Shown: in pieces, positions 41,858 through 53,715 of the stretch
How the letters are laid out: the number at the start of each line of letters is the position of its first letter
How positions within the stretch are numbered: position 1 is the first letter of the stretch
Assembly: GCA_051294375.1 (NCBI GenBank)
Contig: CM119269.1
Location: forward strand, 17,904,265-17,968,264
Origin: Paraspadella gotoi
Taxonomy: Eukaryota > Animalia > Chaetognatha
Length of the DNA: 64,000 nucleotides
Reading direction: 5' to 3'
Position numbers and translations under genes: made by a program
The notes under the pieces: generated by a model
What the model saw: the letters and a program-made list of their open reading frames with translations, nothing else
Databases searched by the model: none
What the model was told of the DNA's origin: nothing

Positions 41858-41922
41858 GCAAATCTCGTCATTTTCGAAGGTGAGAAAGAAAAAAGAAAGA
41901 AAGAAAGAAAGAAAGAAAGAGA

Positions 41923-42002
<80 letters not shown>

Positions 42003-42910
42003 GAGAGATCGCGATCCGCAAATCTCGCCATTTTCGAAGGTCACGATTGATTTCCACGAACCGGTTTTTCGAAACCGATTACGTCAGGGAGACGAAAGTG
42101 GTAGTGATTATGTCACTGAGCCAAGTGGAAATGATTATGTCATGGTTTATGAAGACGATCGCATGATGCAGGGTTATTATCACCACACGTGGGAGGAAAG
42201 AATAAAAATCACGGGCGAAGCCGAAAATATTTGGTCGGCGAGAAAGTTGACGTCTTTTGTTTTTGTCGCGTCGAGATAATGCGACTTTTTGCCGTTTATG
42301 GCCGAAATAAAAGTTTATGGTTCCTCGCAAATAGAGATATCGCGTGTTTGGTGAATATTGACGTTATTTTTGTTGTTGAAAGTTTAACGATTTAATTTAT
42401 TTTGAGGAATGAAGAAAGTTAACTTCTAATTTCAATTTTATAAGCAAAATAATCAATATTTAAACAGTCGTCGTCGTTTAGATGTGACAATCCTGCAGAC
42501 GATGAAAGCAATAGTTATCAAAATAATGAGAGTTATTTGCTCGTTTTAAAATCAGAATAGCAATTGTAATATTTGAAAAAAATTATTTTTTTAAACAACA
42601 ACTTCTTTGTCCAGAAATCCTAATCGGTATAATTAAGAATTGATTATTTTGCAATTTTGGCCTCCGAAACCAATTTACCGAATTTACGATGCGATGATAA
42701 CCTTTCTCCGGCCACGATCCGGATCGACGATCTCATTCCATGACGCCGGGTGCCGGCGCCTGGTGCCACGTCCTTGCAGTCTGGCGAGACTCGGACGTTG
42801 CCCTCTCTTACCGGACGATTAAAAATTATAGTGATAGTGACAGTGCGGATGCGTTGTTACCATAAGTGATACAATTATATCAGGAATGTGCTATTTTATG
42901 GAATATGTTC

Positions 42911-42993
<83 letters not shown>

Positions 42994-43336
42994 CTCTTTC
43001 TTTCTTTCTTTCTTTTATCATTTCTGTCTTTCTTTCCTTTTTGTTTTTTTTATTTTTGTTTGTTTACTGTTTTTGTTTGTTTGTTAGTTTCAATCTTCCT
43101 GTCAAACTACGATTATTAATTTTTTTTCTCTTTCCCTTTCTTACTTTTAATGTTTCTTTCAACTTTCTTCTTCTCTCTAACCATTTTCCTTTCATTCTTT
43201 CTTTTTTGTCTCCTCATTCCCACGCAATCCACGTCACCGGTTCCATCACCCCAGACTCGAGTGGCCCCCGATTTTCTTTTTCTTTGTTTCCCCTTGAGCG
43301 ATTTTCTGGGAGAGGCGACGTCGGTGCGCCGATGGG

Positions 43337-43344
43337 TATAAAAG
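43337..43344 (+). promoter_or_regulatory. Putative TATA box of paralog B
   Basis: TATAAAAG in a GC-rich context ~110 bp upstream of the ATG. Confidence 0.5.
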
Positions 43345-43450
43345 GAAGACGATGCCAAGGAACCTCCGATCTCGATTCCATTCTTTCTCGTTGACTCCTT
43401 TCGAAATTGCTCGACTCTCTCGACCATCAGTCTCAATCTTCTCACTCAAG

Positions 43451-46400
43451 ATGGAACCGAAGAAGGTTTTCCTCTTCGTCTTCGTCCTCGCGGTCGCCGA
43501 AGCTTCTTACCTCAAAGGTGAGTTCAGAGCATAAAAGTAATTCGAATCGTAAATAGCCGAATTGTCTGGTTTTATTCGTTTGATGGCGTTCTTTTATGGT
43601 CGTTTATTTTATGAGGGAATATTTGCATATTGGAGGGACAATTAACAACATTGCACTTTTCAAATGCAGTTTCTTTTTTTAAACTTTGTATTCGTGATGG
43701 AGTATATTGTTTTTTTTTTTTAAATGTTGGATAATATTATATTTAATTTGTTCACTGCAGAGTTGAGGGATAAACTGAACCTTCTCAACAAAAAGAGTGA
43801 GCTCAAGACTCTCAAAGAATTTCTCCGCGAAAATCCGAATCTGGTAAAATGTTCTGTCATATCGTATTTCTTTCCTATTGTTTGAAAATAAAAGAAATAG
43901 CTATGTGTATTTCTCTGATAAAGTGTGATTGTGAAGCAAACATCGTTAATGTTCACATTTATTAATTTTCTTTTATTATTATTTCTTTTATCAGCAGATC
44001 CCGACTCTATAATTCACTTTGTCGGTCCGTCGGTCCACCCCCTCAATCTTGTCGGGCATTCGCTTATATTATGTCCATCCGTCCGTCCGTCGTCCGTCTG
44101 TTTATCGGTCCATCCGTCCGTCCGTCAGTCAATTAATCAATTAATTATTCAATCAATCAATTTAATTATCTATTAATTAATTATTATATCAATCAATTTA
44201 TTTATCAATTAATTAATTATTTAATCAATCAATCAATCAAGTCAATTGTTATCGACATTTTTGTCGTCGTCGCCATCATCGTCGTCGTTGCTTTTGTCTG
44301 GTCAGTAATGAAAAAATCTTAAAACAAACATTTCGGATCAAATTAATGGATTTGTTAATTAATTACCGTTAATGATCGCGGGCAGATCCGACATTAATTG
44401 CTAAACCTTGTTTAATTTTTTTCCACTTTTTCCGAAATACTAGGGACACGAAAGTCTAGAAAAGCGAGAAACACTGTAAGTACTTTGGTCGTGAACAGTT
44501 GTTGAATGCATGCTGTAAACGTTACGAGTTCCATGGATTTTACGTTTTTGTTTCATAATCTCTTTAAAATTTAAACTTTAAATTATTATTGTTGTGTATG
44601 TATAGTTGAACTAACGAAGAAATAAGTTTTTAGGACGTAGGTATCCTGTTTCATTCTATTTTCGCTCGGATATTCCGTTTTATGAAATTGGTACAACCAG
44701 TATAAAAATTATCCATTTATTTAATTGATTTTGAATAATTTTGACTTTGGACAATTGACAGGCTATACTGGTTTAAGGCCTCCATCCCGCTTACAAGAAT
44801 CTCTGAGAGTCGAGTTTCTTCACTCCCAAAGTACCTGGCTTCTCTATCAAAGAAGTGGTATAATGTTTCAAAAATAGTGTAAATTGTAAAAAGGACCACT
44901 CCCCTCGTTGAGCAAGTGTGTGATGTTTTTGAAGTTGGTCGACAATGTGATTTAGCTGTGCTTCCTGCACGTTTTCCACCAGGGAATGCAACGAAGTTTG
45001 CGGTCCGCTGCCAGGCGTCGATGGAAATGTTGAGTGCAGAGAGTGGGCGCCTGATTACAAGTCGAACGGCAAGTGTCGTTGCATCGTTCAATTCAAATGT
45101 TGTCCCGATCCATGTCCCAAACCCAAACAAGAAGTTTGCTGGGGACCCCAAAAGGGTGAGTGAAAAGGGCAGTCAATTTCCCACTAAACAACGCATGGAA
45201 TTGAAATGGTTATTCCATACGATTTAAAAAATATATATTTTTTTAAAATTAGTTCTATAAATATATTTTAGATATGCGTATTTTTTTGCTACATGCTACT
45301 ATATAAATTTTCGACACTTATGTTAAACACTAGAAGTTTTGAATAAGCATCTTCCTCTTGTTCAGGTTATAAATATCCAGTGGTTGAAACCGACTGCTGT
45401 GGTTGTGATATTTACGCTTGTCACGACTGCACACCTGTGGCTAAACCAGACGAAATCTGCGAACTTCCTGGCAAGAATTACCCATTGTCCTGCTTCTCTT
45501 ACAACGCAACGGGATTGTCGGATAAAGTGACTCAATGCTACGAAGCTAATTGTCCCTTCACTCCGCCGCCACCACCGACCGCAGAGGTTCGCCTTATTGA
45601 CTTAATGACTTACTTCATTTATTAACTCATACGGCAACAGCCGGGTTGCCTGCGATGCCCATTGGGATGGGGCATCTCACTGTTGGCTTTTGGGGCTTCC
45701 GACCCTCAGTGACACCTCCTGTCACTGGCGCGGTTACCCTAGGACTGTCTCGCTTTGCCAACACAGAGGGAAGTCGTTAGGACTGTTGATTGTGAAAGGA
45801 ACGTAACTCTTGGGATGGTGCGTTCCCCCTCTGAGCCATGAGATTGGCTGAACGATGTGAGGCGGTGTGAATATACCGCCACACTCATTCATTTATTCAT
45901 TCTCTCTTTTAATCATCATTTCTCCTAATATTTTACTCTTTTTTTATAACCCTCTTTTTTTACCAACCTTGAAAACCTCAACTCACGATCTGATCACAGA
46001 CGTGTGACTTCGATTGCATGCGGACCGACCCGCGCAAGGACGAATGCGGTCAGGGCTACGACGTCTGCGTGAGCAACAAAGTCAAGAGCGACTGTCCCTT
46101 GGACTCGCAAGAGGAAAGTGCCGTTGGTCTCAAGTATGGACTTCATTGCTATCACGCTCCCAAGGAAGTGCCTCACCCGATCGGAGGAAAGTGGTATCTC
46201 GCTCACAAATGCGTCGATTGCGTCAAGTGAGTTAGAGGCAACGGTTTCGTATCGGAATAATATTTTTTTGTATTACTTCCTAAACTTTTTAAAAAAAATT
46301 ATAAATGTGCATTTTATAACTTTATTGCTTCCAGGTGGGACTACCATAAAAAATCTTGTGACGACAAAAATCTGCGCGCTGCCAACTACGCTTGTCCTCA

Positions 46401-47993
46401 CCAAAATAATACTTTCCTCGACAAAGTTTGTTGGGACAAAATTATCAAGCATGGTGCGTCTGAAAAAAACAAAAAAACATTCTCATTGGGGTAAAAAAAA
46501 AAAAATTACGATGGACATAATATTCTTTGTTTCCAGATTCATGTGATTGTGACGTGCCCGATTGTGAACGAGCGCCACAACGATCAGCCACGCACGTGAG
46601 TCTATCTCTTACTCTACTTCGAACCTATTTCATATGGTCAAATTTTATCGCAATAACGTATAATTTTGTCATTTTTTATTTTCAGAAATTCCCCGCAGGC
46701 GAAAGATGTCCCACCGGGTACAAAAAAGTGACTGGGGTTTCCATTTGCGATTATCCTCGGGATGTTTGCCTCAAATGTCCCGATCTCGAAGATCCTGACG
46801 ACTGCGACTTGAACATCGCCAAGATTGGCGTCGACCGCGATGCTAACGATTGCCCTGTTAGGAGGTAAGATCACTCTAATTTTAAATTATAAGAGGGAAA
46901 GCATAATTAAATATACGATGTTTACACTATGGTGGACTAAAATCGACCAACCGTTCATCAGCGACCATTGGTGCCGGAGGCAAGTCATTCGCCTCCCAAC
47001 CCAAAGGTCCCGGGTTCTAGCTCGATGGTCGCCTAGCAGTTAAGAGGGACGGGGCGCTTAACCCGCTTGTAACACGGTGTTACAGCCTGATCCGAAACTC
47101 AGGGACTGCTTATATTGAACGGTTCTGTCACATAACAATCATTACTGTCTCTTCAACACAATCTTAATTAGCAGCGTGATTAGATTTCTGTCGATAATTT
47201 TCATCACAGACATGTAAAAAATTAATCTCTCATTTTACATATAGATGTAAGTGGCCAACAGTTCCCAAAGGTGATTGCGATTCCGACACTTATTTCTTTG
47301 ACAAAACCAAGAAAGAGTTTTTCTGCATTCCGAAACGTAAGTAACGAGTTCAACAACTTTGATCTTAATTCTTGATCCCTAACCGTTTCGTCACATTTCA
47401 ATCCAGCGATGACCTGCTTCGAGTTTCCCGCCTCGGAGCTGAAGGCCAACGTGGTTGTCCACCCTCTGATCGAAAAGAACCTGAAGGCCTTCACCTTTGA
47501 CATCCACTATACTATAACGCAAATGACGAGCGACGTGTGGTTCTTTAGCGTGGCTCACTCTAGACACGACAACATCATCGTCATAGGCCCCAAACGAGGC
47601 ATTCACTTGGAGTCCGGCGCACTTTACTCGGAACTGACGCCCAGTTTGGGCAAAAGTACTCGACTGACTCTGACTTACGACGGCGAAACCGGAAACATCA
47701 AAGTTTACGAAAACGGTCAGCCAGAGAGAACCGCCAATAGGAAGAACACGGTCCTCCTTCAAGGCTCCTCCGTAATGCTTGGACAGGAACAGGACAGCGT
47801 TGGAGGCAGATTTGACCCCAATCAGAGATTCATCGGCAAGCTGTGCGGATTTCAGATGTGGGACAGGGTGCTGTCGGATGCGGAGCTGAAGCAGTTGTTC
47901 GAAGGGAAGTTGCAAGAGAAAGGAAATGTGTTTGATTCGCCCGCTACTTACATGTACGAGTTAAACGCGGGAGCGAAAGAGACTGAGCCTTAA
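43451..47993 (+). CDS. Secreted Cys-rich/pentraxin-domain proprotein, paralog B (612 aa)
   Basis: 11 exons: 43451-43517, 43761-43843, 44444-44475, 44983-45155, 45366-45586, 46000-46226, 46335-46453, 46537-46595, 46686-46864, 47245-47336, 47407-47993; 1839 nt, same phases as A. Signal peptide MEPKKVFLFVFVLAVAEA, EKR site, pentraxin motif LGQEQDSVGGRFDPNQRFIG. Confidence 0.9.
43986..44413 (+). mobile_element. HINE/Helentron-like (DINE-1-type) non-autonomous repeat
   Basis: GCAGATCCCGACTC start, (GTCC)n microsatellite, AT-rich core, 3' GCAGATCCGAC...CTTGTTT. Related copies at 4018-4215, 7656-8066 and ~15045-15100. The 4018 copy shows a 5' subterminal GTCAGATCTGC complementary to the 3' motif. 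Confidence 0.55.
44682..44905 (-). repeat. Diverged copy of the ~310-bp repeat in intron 3 of paralog B
   Basis: Starts ATGAAATTGGTACAACCAGTATAAAAATTATCCATT and aligns to 51626-51885. Confidence 0.8.
45630..45883 (-). mobile_element. Divergent solo-LTR-like element, in intron 5 of paralog B
   Basis: GC-rich island with 4-bp TSD CTCA. Minus strand starts TGTGGCGGT..ACCGCC (hairpin), then ATCGTTCA, A-box TGGCTCAGAGG, hairpin CAGTGACA/TGTCACTG and GGG-TCGGAAGC-CC. Confidence 0.7.
46928..47155 (+). mobile_element. Solo LTR of the same TRIM family, in intron 9 of paralog B
   Basis: Highly similar to 50180-50414, same TATGG...TTCA termini, 4-bp TSD ACAC (46924-27 and 47156-59). Confidence 0.9.
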
Positions 47994-48389
47994 ATATTAA
48001 TAAGAAAAAAAAAGATGAAGACATACGTATACTCGGATTCAACATCCGGACGAAATTTTACGTGACGTGGAAAAATGTTGTATGAAGGAAGTTTTTTTTA
48101 AAAAATGCATAGTTTTTACTACAAAAATGCAAATTTTCATTTTTAACCATACTCATTTACTCATATATAATCATAATAAAAGGTAGCCGATTACTTGGTG
48201 ACATGGAATCTAGTCTATTCTGCATTTTGAAATTAGCACCGCTCTTTTGATGCTTTTATTTTAACGTTGACAAAACTATTTTTTATTTCACAAATAAAAA
48301 TCCTTCATTTGAATTCAAAACGTTTCTGAAATTTTTGAAAAAGAATCTCAGAGAAACTATAATTATCATTCATCTATTCATCATATTTT

Positions 48390-48452
48390 TTTTTTTTTTT
48401 CTGAAATAAAAGAGACAAATTGACAGTTAAGACGAAAAAAGATTAAACGATT
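48390..48452 (+). terminator. Polyadenylation region of paralog B
   Basis: TTCTGAAATAAAAGAGACAAATTGACAGTTAAGACGA, homologous to 40210-40272. Confidence 0.6.
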
Positions 48453-48829
48453 TGAAACAATATGACATTTAAACAATAAATGAGTATTGAGCAAGACTAA
48501 TTGCACTAATGGCACTAAAAATAAAATTCAAACAATTAAGGATCATTGCGGACATTGCAAATTGGAAAAGTATTAAGTATACCAATGAAAAGATAAAAAG
48601 ATCGTTGGAATTTCTGAAATTTTGTTTATTGGCAAATAAAAAACTCAATACTTGCGACCTCTGTTAGAAAGAGAAAAAAAACTAAATTTTGTTCTTCTTC
48701 AAGGCACAGACAGACCGACTGAAAAAAAAATAAGTTCATTTTTTGGACTGTCTTTGAATTTTAAAATAATGTTGTGAATAAGGGTTCGCCATCCTCACAC
48801 TTAGTTTAGAGATCACAAGAGGAAAAAAT

Positions 48830-48872
<43 letters not shown>

Positions 48873-50179
48873 TGTGATATTAATAATCCAGGTCAGACAA
48901 CAGAATTACAATTCCCAAAACCTACAGAGAAACAACCCTCGGAACCTAAACCTGAGAAGCAAAAGGCCATAGAACCACCTATAGTTATATATGTATGTAT
49001 GTATGTATGTATATATATTATATATATATGTAGACGTATACCGACAGAACCGTCTTCAAAAAAACTTACAGAACATTCTACCTCGTCAAAGCCTTGAAAC
49101 CGGTCGTCGGAAAGACGACTCGTTTGACGGTCGCGTGGGACTGCGCCACCGGGAAGATCGTCGTCATGGAGGACTGAAAGGTCCGCGTCCGAGAAAGACC
49201 GTCATTGGCGGAGGAGTAGTCATTTAATGGTTCGAGTTTGTTTTCGTTGATAAATTTATATGTTTAATCCGAGTTATTGATATTCTTTTTAAAACCGTCA
49301 CTTAATGTCCGTTTATGTCACTAAACATCATCGTTGATGAACTAAAATAAAATTTGTCTCTTGTTTTAATTATTCATTCATTTTGAAATTTAGATAGAAA
49401 AACGTAATGTCAAACTGTGGAACCGCAAGCGACATTGAAATTACAATTACGAATTCGCTCGAGATATTTATGACATTGTAATTGAGGAACCACGCGACAT
49501 CCGCCCTTGAGCTAAAAAAAAAATTTATTGACAATAAATATTGAACTTCGTTTGGGGACTCCACCCAGATTTAAATGTTTCTGATTTCGATGTGGTTGTC
49601 TTTGCATGCTAGTGAAAAAAAATATACACTGTCGATGACCGATAATTGTCGCACAAAAGTCAAAAACCGCCTTTACTTTTGGCCGTAAACTCTCGAATCT
49701 TAGTTCTTCCTTTGCTTCTAAAGTAAAACAAAAAGTTTAGGTAATGAAAGAGGCCAAAGTTTATGATGCCATTAAATTACATATAGACACAGAGTTCGAA
49801 CAAAAGACGGAGGCGGAAACTATTTTTTTAAAAATTGAATAACGTTTATAAATAGAAGCTTTTCATATAATTATAACAAATGTTAGTATATAATCAATCC
49901 TCAAGCATCGAGCAGGCTGTAAACGCCCCTGGTGTCTGCCATTAGAAATCGAGTACGACACGAGTTAGAGACAAAAGACAAAAGATTGAAAAACGTGTGG
50001 CGTAATAGATCAAAGTGAGTAACAGGAGGTTTGGGGACAGGTTAAATAAAAATTTCTTGTTTTCTTTCTATTTGTTTTTTTTTCCGTTTGTAAAAGTATA
50101 AAAGTAGTTGTCCCTCTCTCCAATAGGTAGTTCCAGTTCAAACGAAGATTTGCTTCTATATTTGGAAAAAATATGCATC

Positions 50180-50836
50180 TATGGTGGACTAAAATCCACC
50201 AATCGTTCATCAGCGGCCATTGGTGCCGGAGGCAAGTCATTCGCCCTCCCAGCCCAAAGGTCCGGGGTTCTAGCCCGGTGGTCGTCTGGCAGTTAAGAGG
50301 GACGGGGCGCTTAACCCGCCTGTAACATGGTGTTACAGCCTGATCCGAAGCTCAGGGACTGCTTATATTGAACGGTTCTGTCATTAACACTTATAAATAA
50401 TTACTGTCTCTTCATTGGTGAGCCCGACTTCCGAACACAACAGCAACAACAACACTTTCAGGCGACATGCCTCAACCTGGCGATGCACTTTCCGCCCACA
50501 ACACATCAGGCGACATGCCTCAACTTGGTGATGAACTTTCCACCAACAACAACAATTCACTAAAGAGACGCCACAGACTTCTCCCTATGGGAGGAGGGGA
50601 TGTATGGTGGACTAAAATCCACCAATCGTTCATCAGCGGCCATTGGTGCCGGAGGCAAGTCATTCGCCTCTCAACCCAAAGGTCCGGGATTCTAGCCCGG
50701 TGGTCGTCTGGCAGTTAAGAGGGACGGGGCGCTTAACCCGCCTGTAACATGGTGTTACAGCCTGATCCGAAGCTCAGGGACTGCTTATATTGAACGGTTC
50801 TGTCATTAACACTTATCAATAATTACTGTCTCTTCA
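50180..50836 (+). mobile_element. Complete TRIM (non-autonomous LTR retrotransposon) with tRNA-like sequence in its LTRs
   Basis: Near-identical LTRs 50180-50414 and 50603-50836; PBS TGGTGAGCCCGAC at 50416-50428; PPT GGGAGGAGGGGA at 50589-50600; 4-bp TSD CATC (50176-79 and 50837-40). The LTR has an acceptor-like stem GCGGCCA/TGGTCGT, A-box-like TGGTGCCGGAGG and B-box-like GGTTCTAGCCC. Confidence 0.9.
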
Positions 50837-50876
50837 CATCCATGGTATATCCTTTCTTTTCGTTGTTGTATAGAGA

Positions 50877-51008
50877 TTTACAAAGAATTTTGAATTGTTA
50901 CAACGATTTTATCATGATTAAATTGCAGACTCGAAAATCTCAGAGTCGAAACATGTCTGCAATTTAATCATAATAAAATCGTTGTAACAATTCAAAATTC
51001 TTTGTAAA
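50877..51008. mobile_element. Near-perfect 54-bp-arm hairpin, Penelope-like inverted pseudo-LTR fragment
   Basis: TTTACAAAGAATTTTGAATTGTTACAACG...GCAGAC pairs with GTCTGC...CTTTGTAAA. The centre has GACTC-loop-GAGTC-GAAACATGTC, then AATAAA. Confidence 0.65.
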
Positions 51009-51077
51009 AAATATGCAAAAATCTTAAGTCTTAAAATGAATTTTCAACTAAGCTAGTATTGCCTAAAATATTTGACA

Positions 51078-52208
51078 ATGGACACCAAGAGTGTTTTTCT
51101 TCTTTTTCTCGTCGCCGCCATCGCCAAGGCTATTATCCAGGGTAATTGAGTTAATGAGTTGAAATAACGGCAATACTGAATAGCTCGAAATACGGACACC
51201 GTCGAGAATGTAAATATAAAATAATAAATGATTTATGTTTCCTTTGTATTTCAGAGCCCAATGAGCAATTGCAGACTTTGGAAGAATACCTGCGAGACAA
51301 TCCAAACGTAAGTTATATACCTTTTTTTCATATTCTTTTTTTTTAAACTTAATTTTTATGATTACTTTTTCTGCAGAAAGGACAGGAAATCTGGACGCGG
51401 GGTCAGCGGTAAGTTTATCGGTGTAATGGGTGTGTCTTGCTTAGCTTCAAAACTTTTTACTTTAGCCTATGGCTATGCTTCTTTTATTTTTGCTTTTTAA
51501 TTAACCTTCAACGTTTTCTAATTAACGTTTTTGTTTTTGTAATCATAAACGCATGATTTAGTTGCTGGTACCTTTTTCCGTTACAAGTTGTACATTTATC
51601 GTATTATTTACTAGTGTCTATATATATGAAATTGGTACAACCAGATTATTAAAAATTATCCATTCATTTAATAAATAAGCTATCTTGCCCCTGACTTTGG
51701 ACAGGCTTTGGTGGTTTAAGGCCTCCATCACTCTTACAAGATAATGACATAGCAGGTCCCTGCAAGCTTTCAATCAAGACTCTCTCACAGTCTCGTTTAT
51801 TCACTCCCAGAGTACCTGGCTTCCCTATCAATGAAGTGGTATAATATTTCAAAGAATGTTTCAATTGTATGAAAGACCACTCCCTTAAGTATTAGATCGG
51901 GGAATACTTATTGTACTCCGCACTAGCATCAAAATACAAGGAGCTGAATTTTATGAAATTGGTACAACCAATATAAAAATTATCCATTCATTTAATAAAT
52001 AAGCTATCTTGCCCCTGACTTTGGACAGGCTTTGTGGTTTAAGGCCTCCATCACTCTTACAAGATAATGACATAGCAGGTCCCTGCAAGCTTTCAATCAA
52101 GACTCTCTCACAGTCTCGTTTATTCACTCCCAGAGTACCTGGCTTCCCTATCAATGAAGTGGTATAATATTTCAAAGAATGTTTCAATTGTATGAAATAT
52201 ATATAAAT

Positions 52209-52263
<55 letters not shown>

Positions 52264-53643
52264 TATAAATATATATAATATGACCGAAAAGTGTTTTGTT
52301 GAGTCACGGCTGTAGTCGCATTCTGCATTCTGCATTCACTTTATTCACTTGGTCACCTCAATGGTTTCAACTCTCCTCATGCCACACCCAAACATCGTTT
52401 AGCACCAACAACGTCATATGCCCCAAATACTGCGGCGGAAAGCCGCCCATCGACAAAAACAAGAAATGCCGTAAATGGGAACCATTTTACGAGAAAAAGG
52501 GAACTTGCCAGTGCATCGTGAAATTCGAATGTTGCCCCGACAAATGTCCGCCAGTCAAAAAAGACAAATGCTGGGGCAAGAACGAGGGTAAGCGAAAGAT
52601 ATACTCAAATAGTGTACGAGTGTAAGTATTACGGCAATACTATTCCAATTCATTTCGCCTTTTTACTTTCCACAAGGCCTCACTTACCCTTTGGAAGGCA
52701 AAAACTTTTGCGACTGCGACGTGATAACGTGTCTGCCCTGCCAACCTCTGGAACCCCCTTCAAGGATCTGCAAACTGGACAATAAGAATTTTCCTATTCA
52801 TTGCTTCCACTACGACGCCAAAAAGTTGAAGAATCGGGTCACCAAGTGCTACGAGGCCGATTGTGAATTCAAGCCGAAGAGGACCGTTTTACCGGTTGAT
52901 TGCTTTTTGTTTAATTTTTATTTACATTTATTTTAGAATGATTCATCAATTGTTTAAGTTTTACTTTTTTTTTAATCTGTTAAATTTTGTTTTCCAAGTT
53001 TTTTTTATTCGTTTTTCTCCAAGAATTGCGACCTTACCTGCACCAAAGCCAAGCCCGATTACGACGAATGCGGTCAGCCGACTCACGTCTGCGTGGGGAT
53101 CAAAGCCAAGGACGGCTGTCCGCTTAACACCAGAGAGAAGAGTTCCGCCGCCCTTCCACTGGGGCTTCGCTGCTACCACCACAACCCTCAAAAAGTGCCT
53201 CACCCAGAAGGGGGAAAGTATTACGACAACGGGAAATGCGTGGATTGCGTAAGGTGACGTTTTTTATATTTCAAAACTCAGCAAATACAATACGTACAAT
53301 ATTGTATAAAGACTAATATGCTAAATAACTGCTTCATTAAACAATTGAGTTAGAAGAAATGTATTTATTTCATGACTCGACAGGTGGAAGTACCAGCAAA
53401 TTCCTTGCAAGAAAAGTGTCGTGTCATGTCCGAACCGCAAGACCAGCCCCTTGGATCCAGTCTGTTGGAAGAGAGTAGTTTCTGACGGTTCGTTGCCAAG
53501 AAATTTCTCGAATTTGATCTTTTACTCTGATTAAAATTCTTTTTTATTTCTTGCCAGACGACTGCAAATGCCAAAGTGTGGTCTGCGAACGCGCGCCTGA
53601 AAGACCTCCCACTCACGTAAGTTAGAAAGTTTCTTTCTGTTTT

Positions 53644-53715
<72 letters not shown>

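Noticed and set aside
41852-42041. ~30-bp direct repeat flanking (GA)n/(GAAA)n
   Set aside because: Only two copies between microsatellites; a local slippage duplication, not an array or CRISPR.
50212-50286. Functional tRNA gene (Gly-like)
   Set aside because: The anticodon stem does not pair, the anticodon region differs among the three copies, and it is embedded in LTRs.
51880-51939. Canonical Helitron 3' end (hairpin, 12 nt, CTAG)
   Set aside because: Both long copies share 13 more bases beyond CTAG, and the invariant end of the family is the opposite one.
51664-52328. ORFs [19 protein letters not shown]... as protein-coding genes
   Set aside because: They lie inside the dispersed repeat, the 29112 copy has an in-frame stop, and no domain is recognisable.
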